A stretch of DNA of 64,000 bases from Oopsacas minuta (lineage: Eukaryota > Animalia > Porifera): NCBI GenBank assembly GCA_024704765.1, contig JAKMXF010000133.1, positions 124,001-188,000 of the forward strand. Direction: 5' to 3'. This document shows, piece by piece, positions 1-13,200 of the stretch; the stretch's first letter is position 1, and every line of letters begins with the position of its first letter. The position numbers and the translations under genes were made by a program. The notes below the pieces were generated by a model that was not told the DNA's origin, did not search any database, and saw only the letters and a list, made by a program, of their open reading frames with translations.

Positions 1-169
1 GTTTGTTTATTTGTTTGTTTGTTTGTTTGTTTGTTTGTTTGTTTGTTTGTTTGTTTGTTTGTTTGTTTGTTTGTGTGTGTGTGTGTGTTAGTTTGTTTAT
101 TTGTTTGTGTGTGCGTGTGTTTGTTTGTTTGTTTGTTTGTTTGTTTGTTTTTTGTTTGTTTGTTTGTTT
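1..169. repeat. (GTTT)n/(GT)n microsatellite in an intron
   Basis: Direct reading of tandem GTTT units. It begins right at the splice donor (171-170, minus strand) of the last visible exon of the ankyrin gene, so ORF 3..191 is spurious. Confidence 0.95.
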
Positions 170-171
170 AC

Positions 172-3100
172 CTAAAGTATCTTGGAGTTGACTAAGTTGT
201 TGTTCATGAATTTCCAATTGTTCTTTAATGTTTTTGTGTTCAGATTTTGCTTCTTCTAACGAGGACTTTGATTGGTCAGCTCTTTCACGCGCCTCTTGTA
301 CCACTTGTGGCTGTTTAGATGCCATTGACACCTTTCTGAGCTGTATTTGAGCCTGTTCATATGAAAAGCTGCGTCTGCGTATCTAATTAGTAAATATAAA
401 CGAAAATAAGTAAACTAATAAACAACCAATCAACTCACAGCATCATCAGCCTTTTTAAGTTGCAGCTGTAATTCTGTTTGTTTGTCAAGATGAATCTGAT
501 TGGCTGTTGTGGCTTGTGTGACTAATTTTTCATGTTTATCAATCTGGGACTGAATTTCAGATTCTTGTTTACTTATTTTACTGGTAGTAGACACCAAACT
601 GGAACCATCCTATAAAAACAACAACAAATAACAACAACAAATAAAATAATATTAATAACAACAAACCACAGATTCTGGATAATTATTTTCAGCATTGTAA
701 GACAATTTTAGACCACCTGGCGTTCTGCCACCTCTCGCACGTCCTTTTGGTTCCGCAGGTGACACTCTGTCACTTTTCTTATCTTGTAGTGTTTGAGTAA
801 ATGTATTCTCAAAATGTTTCATGTCTAATTTCTGAGAAGTCATTGGTTCTGTTCTGAAAACATTTGGATCTGGTTTAGAAATCCTTAGTTCTAGTTTAGA
901 ATTTCTTGGATCTGGTTTAGAAATCCTTAGTTCTGGTTTAGAATTTCTTGGATCTGGTTTAGAAATCCTTAGTTCTGGTTTAGAATTCCTGAGCTCTGGT
1001 TTAGAATTTCTTGGTTCTGGTTTAGAAATCCTTAGTTCTGGTTTAGAATTCCTTAGTTCTGGTTTAGAAGGTTTTGGTTCCACTTTAGAGATCTTTGGTT
1101 CTCGTACAGGAATTTTGTGAGATTGTGTCGGAGGAGTTGTCACCTCAGAAAACGCGTCTATTTCCAATTGTAAGTCATAGCCAATCAAATCAAGTTCATT
1201 AAGTATTGCATCTAAATCGTCATCTAAACAACAACAAATATACAAATATGTTTACTTACTAATATATTCATATCACAACTCACTGCTGTCGGATAATATA
1301 CTGTTCCTCTCAGCTGACTTCTGACCAATCAGCTGATCAGGTTTGGCAGGTGATTTCGGACCAATCAGCTGATCAGGTTTATTCTGTCCAATTAATTTAC
1401 TGGACTTAATAGGTGTTACTTCTTTTGGTTCCGGTTCAAGGGAAGAACAGCTGTCAGATCCAGATGGAAGTTCCAATACATTAGCTAAAGAATAACACCT
1501 GTAAACCTTGCAATAGATTGGTTGAATATTACAACGTACAAATAGTGACAACAGCTGGAGTAGATTTCTTAATTGGAACTGACACATTCCTTCTACGACT
1601 ATCCGTTACCCTGGTTACACCAGAAGTATGTATAATTATATTTTCCTTTACAGCTGGTTTGGGTGGCTGAATATTTATTGGTTCTATTTCATTCTCAGAG
1701 AGAGGAGGTGGAGGCGTGAAAACTTCTGGCTGATTCATCTAAAAGATTTGTATTACTGGACTATGGATATATGACAAATACGCTTCCCTATTTGATTATT
1801 ATAAATTTTGGGGCGCGTCTTTAGCCCAAACTTAAGATGTTTGCGTTTGTCCAAATATCAAAATCGGAATTATCCTAACGCACACATCTGAAAATGGAAC
1901 TAATACATACGCCCCTATTGAACCATGGATAGAGAATGCGTCTAAATTATGTAGAATAACATACAAGCAGATAAACAAATCCACCATCTATGGTTATATA
2001 TGAGAAGAGGGGGATATCGTCATTAAACTGAGCCACTTATCTATAATGACACATTCAGCCACTCCATTATGTGGCATACAGATAGATTCTATTGCTAGAA
2101 TAATCCATGGTTCAGTAATACAATTATTAACTAACCATTAACTTAGGCCTAATAGCCTTTGTTTCTGGTACAATATATTTGAATTGTGTCGATGTGTCGG
2201 CAGTAGGTGTCAAATCATCTGGTTGCTGTCCTGAATCAAAACTCATTTTACGAGCTGGAGGTGTGAAAAGTGGCCCAACAAAGCTCTCAGCAATATTACC
2301 TAAATGCTCGTTACTAATTGGTTGAACAGTTGAGTATATGAATATACAATTCTCACACCTTAAGGGGGGGCTATTTCGGACGGGAAAGGGGGGAGAGGGT
2401 AACTTACTTTCTGAGTCAGGTTCGTCTGCACCCTCACCATCAGAAGCGTAACTAACAAGTGATGAATTCGAACCGGAACAATCCTGTGTTTGTCTGTATT
2501 TTAACACATTTTTTCTCAAACTATTCAAGCGTTTACTCACACTCATTTTCTTACCTATTTGGAACTATAACTGAAACTAAGAGACAGAGTGATCCCATAG
2601 GATTCAAATCTGCCCCCTGGGGTACAGGAATAATCCAATTATATAACAAACTTTTGGATTTCTCTTTAGGTGATATAATATCGCCAGGTTGTCTCAAATC
2701 GTCTCCACCAATGAAATGTGAGGTTTTCTTCTTGGACGTATATACACCTGGAGCGGTCTCGTCCCATCCTCTCCTACGTGCCTCTATATCGTCATAAGTG
2801 AACGGGTCATCTGAATGGTCAGACACCTCCTCCGGAGAGCCTCCAAATCCTACCTGTATTAGAGTAAAATAACAAACAAACAAACAAACAAACAAATAAA
2901 CAAACTTGTCTTTGTCTGTTCTCCATTTTCCCTAGTTTAATTTCTTTGTCCCTCTGTCCCCTTTTGCCCTCTAGGGCCACAAAGGTCTCCTCAGGGAGGG
3001 GACTTGTAAAAGCGGAACAACAGGAAGGAGCCAAAAGTGCTAAAGTTGCAAACTCAATTCCAGCTGCTATATTGTACCTATTGGAGAGTGTAATTTGATT

Positions 3101-6100
3101 GGTTAAGAAAGTGTGAATTATAAGATTGTGCCACAAACTTGAAAAGTGGCATATGTATGAAAAGTGGCACAACTTTAAACCTATATTAATATTCAAGCGA
3201 AATATTGACAGATCTCTGAGAAAAGGTGACAAATGTGTCTGACCTATCAGATTTGAGTTTTACTTATAATTATATTACGTCATAACATGTAAATCGATTG
3301 GTTACCTTTCATCTACACTATCTGGATTAGAATCGGTTTCTATATATTGATCCCAATTATTGCCACCTTGTGCCACATCAGGATTGAGGGTGATAGGTGG
3401 TGCAGGTGGCTCAAATGTGTCAGAAACATGAACAGGCTTATCTAACTTTTTTTGTATATCCTCATATTTGAGAATCTAAAAGATAAAAGTAAATTTGTTG
3501 ATTCTTATATAGATGTATATATTCACACCTTTTTCTTAGACATAGACTGTTGTTTAATTTTAATCAGCTGTTTCTGTCTATACAAATAAACATCTTTTCG
3601 TGTACGAATAGATTCCCGCCTCTTCACTAATTCTGACACCTGACTAAGATCAACTCTCTTCGCATGTTTCAAATTCTTCAAAGCAGGAGCTGGCATTCCG
3701 AACCCATGGGTAACAAACTTGTCCAAGAGGAGATCCTCTGTGTCCACGTACCCAAAAGGTCTCCTATGGTGCGATGGTCTAGATAGGTGTTAAAAAGTGG
3801 CATGAATAATATACAAAGTGGCACAATGTGTCCTACCTGTGTCTACCATGTGAATAGTGTTTCATACGTGGCATAACATTATCAGATTGTGTCGCTGGAA
3901 TTGGAGAATCTTCAATTATGTTATCTTGACTACGAGATCGTACTCTGGAATGTTGATGCTAAAATACACATATATAAACCCTGTAATCTGATTGGTGCTT
4001 GTCACATTACCTGTCGTGGAGGATCAAAAGCTAATAATCTATTTTTAGCTAATTGAAGTGATTCCTTACGTCTCTTTCGTTGTCTCTCTTTAGCACTTCT
4101 ATTTATGAATATATAAACACGGTAGCACCCAGGGGGTCTACCAAAATGGCACGCTATGTACTGGTGTCGGTATCTAACACCTCATAGTTTCAGTTCCTTT
4201 TTAAATGGAGTTCAAGTTTCCAGAGAATTATGTCCGATTCAGCCAATCAATTATTACCTTTCAGCCTGCTGTTGTTCTCTTACATGCTTGGTCCTGTGAG
4301 TCAGAATCTGATTGGCCAGATTAGCTGCCTGCTGTATTTCAGTTGCTTCTTGTCTTGATGTTTTTGGGTGTTTCGCAGAGGTGTCAGATTGTGACACAAT
4401 TGAGGCGGGCTCTGAATCATTCCGGATGTGTCGGGGTCTCATTGGAGAAGGCGCCAATCTCACAAATTCCTTCACAAATATGTAAATGGGATCATCAATT
4501 GGCGCTTTCATAGCCAATGAAAATGGACTCTCTCCATCCTAAAATTATAACTCATATCATAGTTACCAAATTGTCATAAGGAATGCATATCTTACATCAT
4601 CTTCTATAGTCAAATCAGCGTTGTATTGAACAAGAATTTTGAGAGCTTTCAAATGCCTAAATACAAAATATGTTTGACAAATCTATTCCCTTGTAAATGG
4701 GGACGAACTATAACCATGGATACTAAATGGGTCGATTAGGAACTAATATTGGTGTTGGTGGAGCTTCTTAACACCTCTAATTATATTATAACTAACCCAT
4801 ATTCAACAGCATCATGAGCAGGAGTAGCACCCTGATTATCGACACTATCCACTAACACCTGAGTGGAGCCTTGCTGTAGGTAATATGCTAAAATATCATC
4901 ATGTCCAGATGCTAGAAAATATACATATTTGTGTATTAAATGGTTGCTAAGGAGTAATATGCATAATTTCACACCTGCTGCGAAGTGTACAGGGGTAGCT
5001 CCGTCATTTGATCTGTCTTGGATAATACTTGGACCCATTTGTTGCACAATCCACTAAAGAGATTATTGATTATGTTGTTTGTTTGTTTGTTTATTTGATG
5101 CAACCAGAAAACAACCAACCAACAATCTGACAAAACGAATAATACAAACAAACAAACACACCTTAACCGTTTCAAAATGTCCTCCTTGTGTCGCGCCATG
5201 TAGAGTTGTCATTCCATCACCAGCTCTGCTTAACTTATCTGCATATGCTTCAATACACAAATACTTGAAACAATCCAAATGTCCCTCTTGTGCAGAAAAA
5301 TAGGCGGGAGTTGTACCTAGGGTGTCAAAATATGATAATTTAAGGGGGAACATACGTGAAAAGGTGTCATAAAGTGGTGTATACCTGTATTGTCCTTGTC
5401 GTTAGCTAAATGAGCGCCAGAATGCGTGACCAATTTCCTCAAAACTTCGAGATGTCCTAATTGGATTAATCAATTAGTAGGGGTCCTATAAATGGGCCAA
5501 TTGTCCCAAGGGATAATGTATCATATGGTAGACAATGTCCCATATCATATGGGATATGACTCATTGGTACATTATTGAAACAAAGCGTGTAATTACTTGT
5601 TAGAACATATTCAAGCATGTTAGAATTTAGGGAAATATTGGCTAAAAGGTGTGGAAATATGATTAATCATAATTCACACCTCTTGGCCAATATTTGTGCG
5701 GTCGTATGAACTCAAGGGTGACCAATAGTGACCGTTATAAATTGGTTCCAGTTATGTAACCATGAATAATTCTCTAAGAAATGCAAACATAATAAATATT
5801 TCAAAATGAAAAAGTTATACAAATCATAAACCATGAAAACAAATGTCAATAAAGCTAAGAAAACAATCACACCAGAGAGGTAAATAACAACAAGAAGTGT
5901 GAAATATTGTGCCACAATTCTTGCCATTAACGGACCACTTCCTTCACCCAAATAGTAAATAGAAACAAACATGGAAGTGACTGTTGTTGTCATATTCACA
6001 GTAATTGACCTATAGTATCATTTAGCCATTCGTTGGAGATAATTACCTAATGAATATCTTAGTTACTATACAGGACAATTGGAATTCAATAGACCAAACA

Positions 6101-7256
6101 ATAACAACCTGCTCCAGCTGCAAAATGTATCGCTAATCCTCCATTATGGTTTCGAATTGTAGCAGAGTCTCCAAACTCACTCAAGAGATAATCGACCACT
6201 TCAGGTTCCCCGCTCAAAGCAGCATAATGTAGGACTGATAGTCCTTGTTTGTCCTGTGCTGTAGCAACAAATCTGATTGGTGGAAATATATGAAAATATT
6301 CACATAAATTACTTACAAACTATTCAATCCATTAAACACAATGTAACCTCTGTAACGGGACCAGTGCATGGGATTATCTGGGTACTTCACTGGCACCTTA
6401 TTAGTGTCAGTCCAACACTTGTATGACACACAAAAAACTGGTTCCAATAGTGCCCGCCATCTCTAATGAGGTGTTAATGATAACATACGTAACTAATAGG
6501 CATTAATAATGAATACCAGCTGTATATCAAATTGACCAATAGAATATCAGGCTAATAATACTGGTAACACTCAAATCTGATAGGTCAAGATATATTGTCA
6601 CATATCTCAGAGAGGTTTTCAGATTTCTCTCAGAAATACGTTTATACACATATAACACCTATCTGATACTATAAAATGATTGGTTACAAAACGAAATCTA
6701 ACTCAAATTATCCCTGGTCCAATAATACTTACTTCATATCATCTTGTGAGAATTCCACCAAAGCTCTGAGGACACTCAAAGAACCGGATAGAGCAGCCAC
6801 ATGAGCAGGCGTTAAACCATTGGCTAACACAGCCATCTGTGGAGGATACTCAAATCTTCTCAGCAGATTACGTGTCCTATCTAAAATAGAATTATAACAC
6901 CTTTGAATAGTGGCGCTTGAACTTAAAATTTTAAGGAAGACCGATCAGCTGTATAGTCAAGGTATTAAGCCACTTTGTGTCGAGATAAACCCTCTAGGTC
7001 AACACATTGTGGCTCATAATCTAACATATTACTCCAAACGGGGTTTATTGGTTTTAGGTCTGTGACCGAAAATCACTGCTATATGGCGTGTTATCCATAG
7101 GCGACAAGTTTGAGTACTGGAGGGGTCTGAACTGAACCATCCGCATGTGGACCCACCAGATTTGACTTCTTTCTTAAAACTTAAAGTGACAATAGTGAAC
7201 TCACCAGTTTCATTATTCCTAGCTGCTTCATGTAATTGAGGAATAATTCTGTCCAT
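172..7256 (-). CDS. Multi-exon espin/forked-like ankyrin-repeat protein with low-complexity middle and coiled-coil C-terminal exons; 3' end outside the window
   Basis: Starts MDRIIPQLHEAARNNE. Ankyrin exons NGLTPAHVAALSG, GTTPAYFSAQEGHLDCFKYL, DGMTTLHGATQGGH, DGATPVHFAA and QGATPAHDAVEYG follow the order of the espin ankyrin repeats. GT-AG-bounded exons continue to 172 (..EQQLSQLQDTL|gtaaac). Joining the ankyrin and coiled-coil exons into one gene is inferred. Confidence 0.7.
860..1068 (-). repeat. Coding 21-bp tandem repeat, about 10 units (SKPELRN/SKPELRI/SKPDPRN)
   Basis: Visible in the DNA (tctggtttagaa..cttagt) and in ORF 652..1245. Confidence 0.95.
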
Positions 7257-7933
7257 AAATAAAGCTATTTTTAGTACAAAGAAAGAGATTTGATTGGATA
7301 AAATTGTTAAATAAGGAAATAAGGGAAAATAATCAAAAATAACAAATCAGTGTTTGTACAGAATTCTAATTAGTTATTATTATAAATTCTAGCAAAGAAA
7401 GATAAAATCGAATTTGAATATTCTTAGTCATTCAAAAGTGTTAAAATCGAATTTAAGTCCCTGTTTACCAAAAGGTGTGAAAATATGATTAATCATATGA
7501 TAAATCAGTGTATATGTATTTAATTGAATGTATTGACCAATAGAATTACAGTCTACATCATTACTAATTAAATTACAAACATTCCACCAAAACTAATTAC
7601 ACACATTCATGCAGAATTGGAAAAACTACAATCTGATTGGTTGAAAATACAGGTGTCAAAAGGTGTTAAAATATACACATTAGAAGTTTCCAAATGTCAG
7701 GTACAGAACGAGATGTCACTACGAGTATACATACCAAATTTGGTGACTTAATCTCTAAAGGTGTGAACAGCAGAGCCAAATTAGAGGAAGAAAGGTATCC
7801 AATAGATTGATCCCATGGTATCAAATAGTACACTGAATAACTCAGAAAATGTATAAACACACTAATAACTATAATTGGGAAATAAACAAATAATAATAAT
7901 AATAATAATAATAATAAACAATGGGACAGGAGA

Positions 7934-9826
7934 TTAGAGCATCTGTAGACAGTTGTCCTCCTTCATGTCACCAACTGTTATGTAGCCAGATCGTTCTATA
8001 AATATGCAAGAGGGACGGAATATTTGACACAGTCCATGTCCTGTCTCACAAACTGTTTCCATGAATTTACCAGACAGGTCAAACACTTTGATGGAATTAT
8101 CCCAGAAATCACATATGTATATTCTCTTTTTCTTTGTGATAGGATTATAGAACAGGTTGAAGTTGTATGCTCCTACTATCTGATCCTCTGTGAGTATAGA
8201 CCTTATGAATACTCCTTCTAGAGAGAACACTTGTAGAGGAGAGGGAGATCCTGTGAAGAGACAAACAACACAAGTACCAACAGCCTCCATGTCCTGTAGC
8301 CATGGATACCTGTTAGGTATCTTGGTATGCAGAATAGGATTGAGTGGGTATTCTTGTTCTATATGGAGAGGATCTACCTGCATACGGATGAGACTGGGCT
8401 TAAGAGTCCCCACATACAAATGCTTACTGTTAGAGGAGGTACAACAAGCCTGTGGTATTGAGATGTCACGTTCACGATTCATGCCAGATACATCACCACT
8501 ATCTCTAAATGTTAAGCTGAATTGTGCTAATAAACTTGTATAGCACACGAAAACGAACTGTTTGAAGTATGTCAATGAGACAGGAGTAGTACCTAAATAA
8601 GCATGATGATACGAAGAAAGAGCTGCAAAATCACTAGCTCTGAAGAGTGTGAATGTATCACCGTATCTATCCGCTACTATTACGTTATTCATAACCACAA
8701 TTATACCAGCTGGTGTATCTAATTGGAGACTTCTAACTCCACCTCTGTCAACACCAGATGCTACAGGGATGTTCCTCTCTTCTTTGGGTGGAGCTATCTC
8801 CATGGGATCGTTATGAGTGGTGATGGCAAATGAAGGAATGTCTATTCTGTTGTCGTAAAAGTGACGGATCTTTCTTTGTATTATATCATATATTTCCTTC
8901 AAATACTTATCCTCCTTATTCTTCCTGACCAGATATTCTAGAGACCTAGCGTCTCTGTACAGGAAAGATAGTTCATTGAATGTGAAAGTCACTCTCACCT
9001 CAACACGTGCATAACAATCCTCCATCTTTTTGCATTTCTCTTCTATCCTATCTGCATTCCTGGTTTCCAACTCATCTCTAGCTATCGCATACTCCTTATT
9101 GAGTCTGTTTAGCCTCATGTCATACTCCTGACGTGTGATACCCCCGGGAAGCAGGTCTCTCTTGGATCGATTTACTGGTTTCATGTCTTCCTCTATTTCA
9201 GGATCTACATAGAAAATGAATTCTCCCTCAATCAAGTGTGTCATTCCCTCCCTCATGCAATACGAACACCAAGGTTCTGGAATAGGATATGTCCTCATCT
9301 TTAAGATCTCTGCCTTCAGTCTCAGTCTCAGAGATTCGTATCTCTTTACTATCACACTCTCGATCGGTTTAGGGAGTTTAGGGTCCATACAATTCTGAAT
9401 TCTAAGAATCTTTTCCTCAGCTGTCTCCTTCCACATGATGAGACCGTTTAGGGAGTATAGGGAAGGTTCTGCTAGAGTCCTCTCTATATAGTAGAGGCTG
9501 TCTTTGACATCAATAGGGAGGTAGTTATCGATGATTAGTAAGGATATTTTGTGTAAATGCTGGTCGTATCGCTCCTGGAATGAATCTTTGAGAGGGACAG
9601 GAAGTATTTTACTGGAGATTACAGATTCATAATCTTTGTAGAGAGGTGATAACTTGTTAAGAATTCTACCGCCCATGTTTACGTCATATTTCGCTATAAA
9701 TCTTTCCATTTTATTGAGGATATTTGATATCCTAACAATATTCCTGTATTCCTGTATTATTCCGGTATATCGTTCCTTCTCAGTTTCTGAAGGTGTTACC
9801 TGGCTCATGTTTGTTGCCATTTCCAA
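7934..9826 (-). CDS. Intronless helical-domain + NHL-type beta-propeller protein, copy 1 (630 aa)
   Basis: C-terminal third has NHL-like blades (LDTPAGIIVVMNNVIVADRYG; IYICDFWDNSIKVFDLSGKF; FRPSCIFIERSGYITVGD). Paralogous to 47187..49247 and 56563..58590. Confidence 0.85.
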   Translation of the reverse strand: MEMATNMSQVTPSETEKERYTGIIQEYRNIVRISNILNKMERFIAKYDVNMGGRILNKLSPLYKDYESVISSKILPVPLKDSFQERYDQHLHKISLLIIDNYLPIDVKDSLYYIERTLAEPSLYSLNGLIMWKETAEEKILRIQNCMDPKLPKPIESVIVKRYESLRLRLKAEILKMRTYPIPEPWCSYCMREGMTHLIEGEFIFYVDPEIEEDMKPVNRSKRDLLPGGITRQEYDMRLNRLNKEYAIARDELETRNADRIEEKCKKMEDCYARVEVRVTFTFNELSFLYRDARSLEYLVRKNKEDKYLKEIYDIIQRKIRHFYDNRIDIPSFAITTHNDPMEIAPPKEERNIPVASGVDRGGVRSLQLDTPAGIIVVMNNVIVADRYGDTFTLFRASDFAALSSYHHAYLGTTPVSLTYFKQFVFVCYTSLLAQFSLTFRDSGDVSGMNRERDISIPQACCTSSNSKHLYVGTLKPSLIRMQVDPLHIEQEYPLNPILHTKIPNRYPWLQDMEAVGTCVVCLFTGSPSPLQVFSLEGVFIRSILTEDQIVGAYNFNLFYNPITKKKRIYICDFWDNSIKVFDLSGKFMETVCETGHGLCQIFRPSCIFIERSGYITVGDMKEDNCLQML

Positions 9827-10272
9827 TATTCTTAGTCTTCAGTTCTTTTATAGAAATATCTCTTCTTTAGAATTTGTATTAGAATTAAGTATTACTTTCT
9901 ATGTGAAGTAATGTGTTTCATAATGTGGCTTAATAATAGACACAATTAGCGACACAATTACATAATTGTTTCATTATACAACTCCTAATATATTCATATT
10001 TATTACAAAATGAGGGTAGAACTTTATTGACACCATAAATGGCGCCTAAAATTGTCTGAATTAAACAAACAAACAAATGAATTGAATAAGCAAATAAACA
10101 AATAATTAAAGTAAGTGTTTGTTGATGTAAATAATGTTCTAATTATAGAAATAAGAAATATACAAATATCAATAAATAATTATTCCAGACCTGAATATGA
10201 TTGAGAAGTGTCAAGTAAACAACAAACAACAAACAACAAATACATAAAAACATATAAAAAGTGAAATAGGGG

Positions 10273-13200
10273 TCAGAGAAGGGTGGACAACTGTCCTTTC
10301 TTTAGTTTCAGTTCTATACTTCCAATTGCAAGATTGAATATTTTCATAGTTTCTTCTTGAGTTGAGTTCTCCAAACGTAATCCATTAATCTAAAAATACA
10401 TATTCTAACACCTTTGTCACACTTATTGGAGCAGTCCAAGGTGCTAGAAGTGTCCGGTATATGTGGCACGAAGTGTTACATGATGATAGTGACAATGAAT
10501 ACACACTCTTTGTGGAAATAATTATTCGTCTTAAAATTAGTAATTTTGAAATATCCATTAACAGGTGTTATCAAGACACATTGTTCTATTGGCACGATGC
10601 CACATTTTAACACCTTGAGACAGGTGATGGGTGTTTATGAATATGGTGTGTAGTATGTTATTATGTATTTACCTCTAATATTCTATCACCTTGTCTGAGC
10701 TTATCATAGCAACCAGATGAATGATCGGAATGTATTTGAGATATGAATATTCCCTAATTAGATTATTAGTATAATTAAATGAGACACAAACGTAAGGCGC
10801 CAAATCAATAAATAGCCACTTACATTGTTATTATTTTCACACATTCTTTCAACAACAGAAAATTCTAATGTTTGTTGTTTAGATAAACTAATTCGATACT
10901 AAAAATAGAATAATAAATAAGAAACAGCTAAAAGAATCTAACAGAAGTTGCTTACTCACCACATCTGAGTCATTACTCTCCAAGGATTGTGTTGATAACT
11001 GGTTAGGTAAACAACTTTCTAGAATAAACAACAAATAAATATGGAAATGATCATATAAATGTAAACATATCGGATCCTCTCCAATTGTCCACAAATGGGC
11101 AATGGTGTCCAAAGTGTACAATTAGACAGGACCAATTGTAATTGTATATCGCACCTTGTTTGTTATTATTATTATTATTGTGAGGATATAGTAATGAAGG
11201 AGCATATGTGTCTGTCTTAACACTACTAATGCCACTATCTGCTGTAGCTACATCTGCCATAGATGATATCTCCTACAATAAACAAGGAAATTAACAAACA
11301 AACAAACAAACAAACAAATAGACAAATAACCTAACTTACAGTATTCGGAGTACAGCTATGACTGACAGTACAATCTGGAACTAAATATTCAGTTATTAAG
11401 TTGTTAGTTCCATATCTAGGAAGAGACGATGGAATGTTGTAGAGAGGAGAAGGACATCTGTAAGTGTTACAATCCAATTTCTCAGAACTATGTGACTACA
11501 AAATGGAACTATAAATTGGAACTAAGATTATGTATTGCTGTACCATGGATATATACAAATAATAAAATACCACATTTCCGTGTCTGGTACTATAACCAAG
11601 ATTGAATCTTGAGTGAGTAACACCTCCGTCAGAATAGTGTCCCTTGTCTGCATACCTTTGTAAGTCTCCTGGATACCTAATATAACCATTGGAATGTTAG
11701 CACTGAATTATCTTATAAAGCTGTGATTTGATTGGTTAATTACCGATTATTATTGGCGCCATGTGATTTGAAAGTATTCGTATTAGCTAAATTTTGATTG
11801 GCTAAATGAGCGCTGAGTTGTAGAAGTGCTTGGATACTGTTTGGGTCAGATGGAATGTTCATTTCTTTCAAAAGTTTCTCATAACCTCCCTGCATATTCA
11901 TACCAATATCTGAATAGTAGGCGTCTACAGAATGTGGCACAGGAAGTGGTTTGCAAGGTGACAACGTGTCATCTCTGTTCAAATAATCAGGATCGTATTC
12001 TATAATAGCTTCGTAGATCTGATTCTGATTGGCTAAAATATGAATAATTCCCCGCTCAAATTTCTAGTTAATCAACACAATGGATAATGTATATTCTATA
12101 GTTCCAGTTTCAATAAAAATACCATGACAACACCCCTGATATTTGGCAAGTGGTTCCTACTTAATTCACTAATGGACCCCTATACCAATTTCTGTTGACC
12201 CCTGCTGTCGTCAGTGGACCAAGAAGGGATCTATGGAACCGATGATCAAGTGAGATATCTCTAAGGTGACAAATGTGTCCTATCAGATTTGAGGGTTTGA
12301 CCCGTTAACTTGACCAATAAGAATTCAGAAATTATTCGAAATAACTAACCAATAGAATTGTCGTGTTGTCTGGACATACGAGATTTTGATTGGTGGTTAA
12401 AGTGGCGGTTAGATGTGTCTGGACAGGATATCGGAGGTGACACTAAATCAAGGTGTCTATCATCATTACAAAATGTGGCACAAGGTGACAATTGTGTCCT
12501 ATGTGACACATGGTGGCTGTGATCTGAGTTAGAACAAGAAAATTGTTTTGAAAACAAACAACCTAAAAATAGAACAAAATTAATTGCTTCCCAAATTCTG
12601 CCACAATTTAGAATGTTTTCTACCATTATTAGAGTGTGAAAAGTCTTGGGTGGCACATAAATGTGGCTCACATATACGTGGCAGAGTTTGTGCCACATTT
12701 AAATCTGTCTTTACTGTCTCATTTACAGGAAATTTATGAGAAGAATTTGAACTGGCATATCCTAAAAAGTGTATTATCCATGGTTCAAAAGTAAAATTCA
12801 ATAGGATTTGACACCTTTCAAAAACCACACCCCGGGGTGGGTGTTCAGGGGTCAAATCCTGTCCTCACACCTGAGAGTGAAACAATTGAAAGGTGTGAAA
12901 ATTTAACAAACCATTATTAGAAATTCCTTCAGAATTAAATGAACTTTTTGATCCGGCGCCTAAACTGCCATATTTGTGTCTATCAATACTCGGATTTGAT
13001 TGGCTATCTTCACTTATATGTGAATAAGCATTCGACTAGAAATAATTTCATTGGTTAATTACATCAATTTAGGTTAAAATGGAACTGGAACTAACTTGAT
13101 GTATGTTTTTGCAGTCAGCTGTTTGTATTTTCCCATATTTAGTTGCATAATAAGCGCGAGATGGAAATCTCTAATAAACAACAACAAACATAAAAACAAA

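Noticed and set aside
3-191. ORF of FVCL repeats, and similar ORFs at 14868, 33151, 33952 and 38552
   Set aside because: Translations of intronic (GTTT)n tracts; not proteins.
205-240. Apparent frameshift in the last visible exon of the ankyrin gene
   Set aside because: On re-reading, the frame is continuous (SEHKNIKEQLEIHEQQLSQLQDTL).
5712-5999. Hydrophobic 95-aa ORF in an intron of the ankyrin gene
   Set aside because: No ATG start or family motif; hydrophobicity is expected from T-rich intron sequence.
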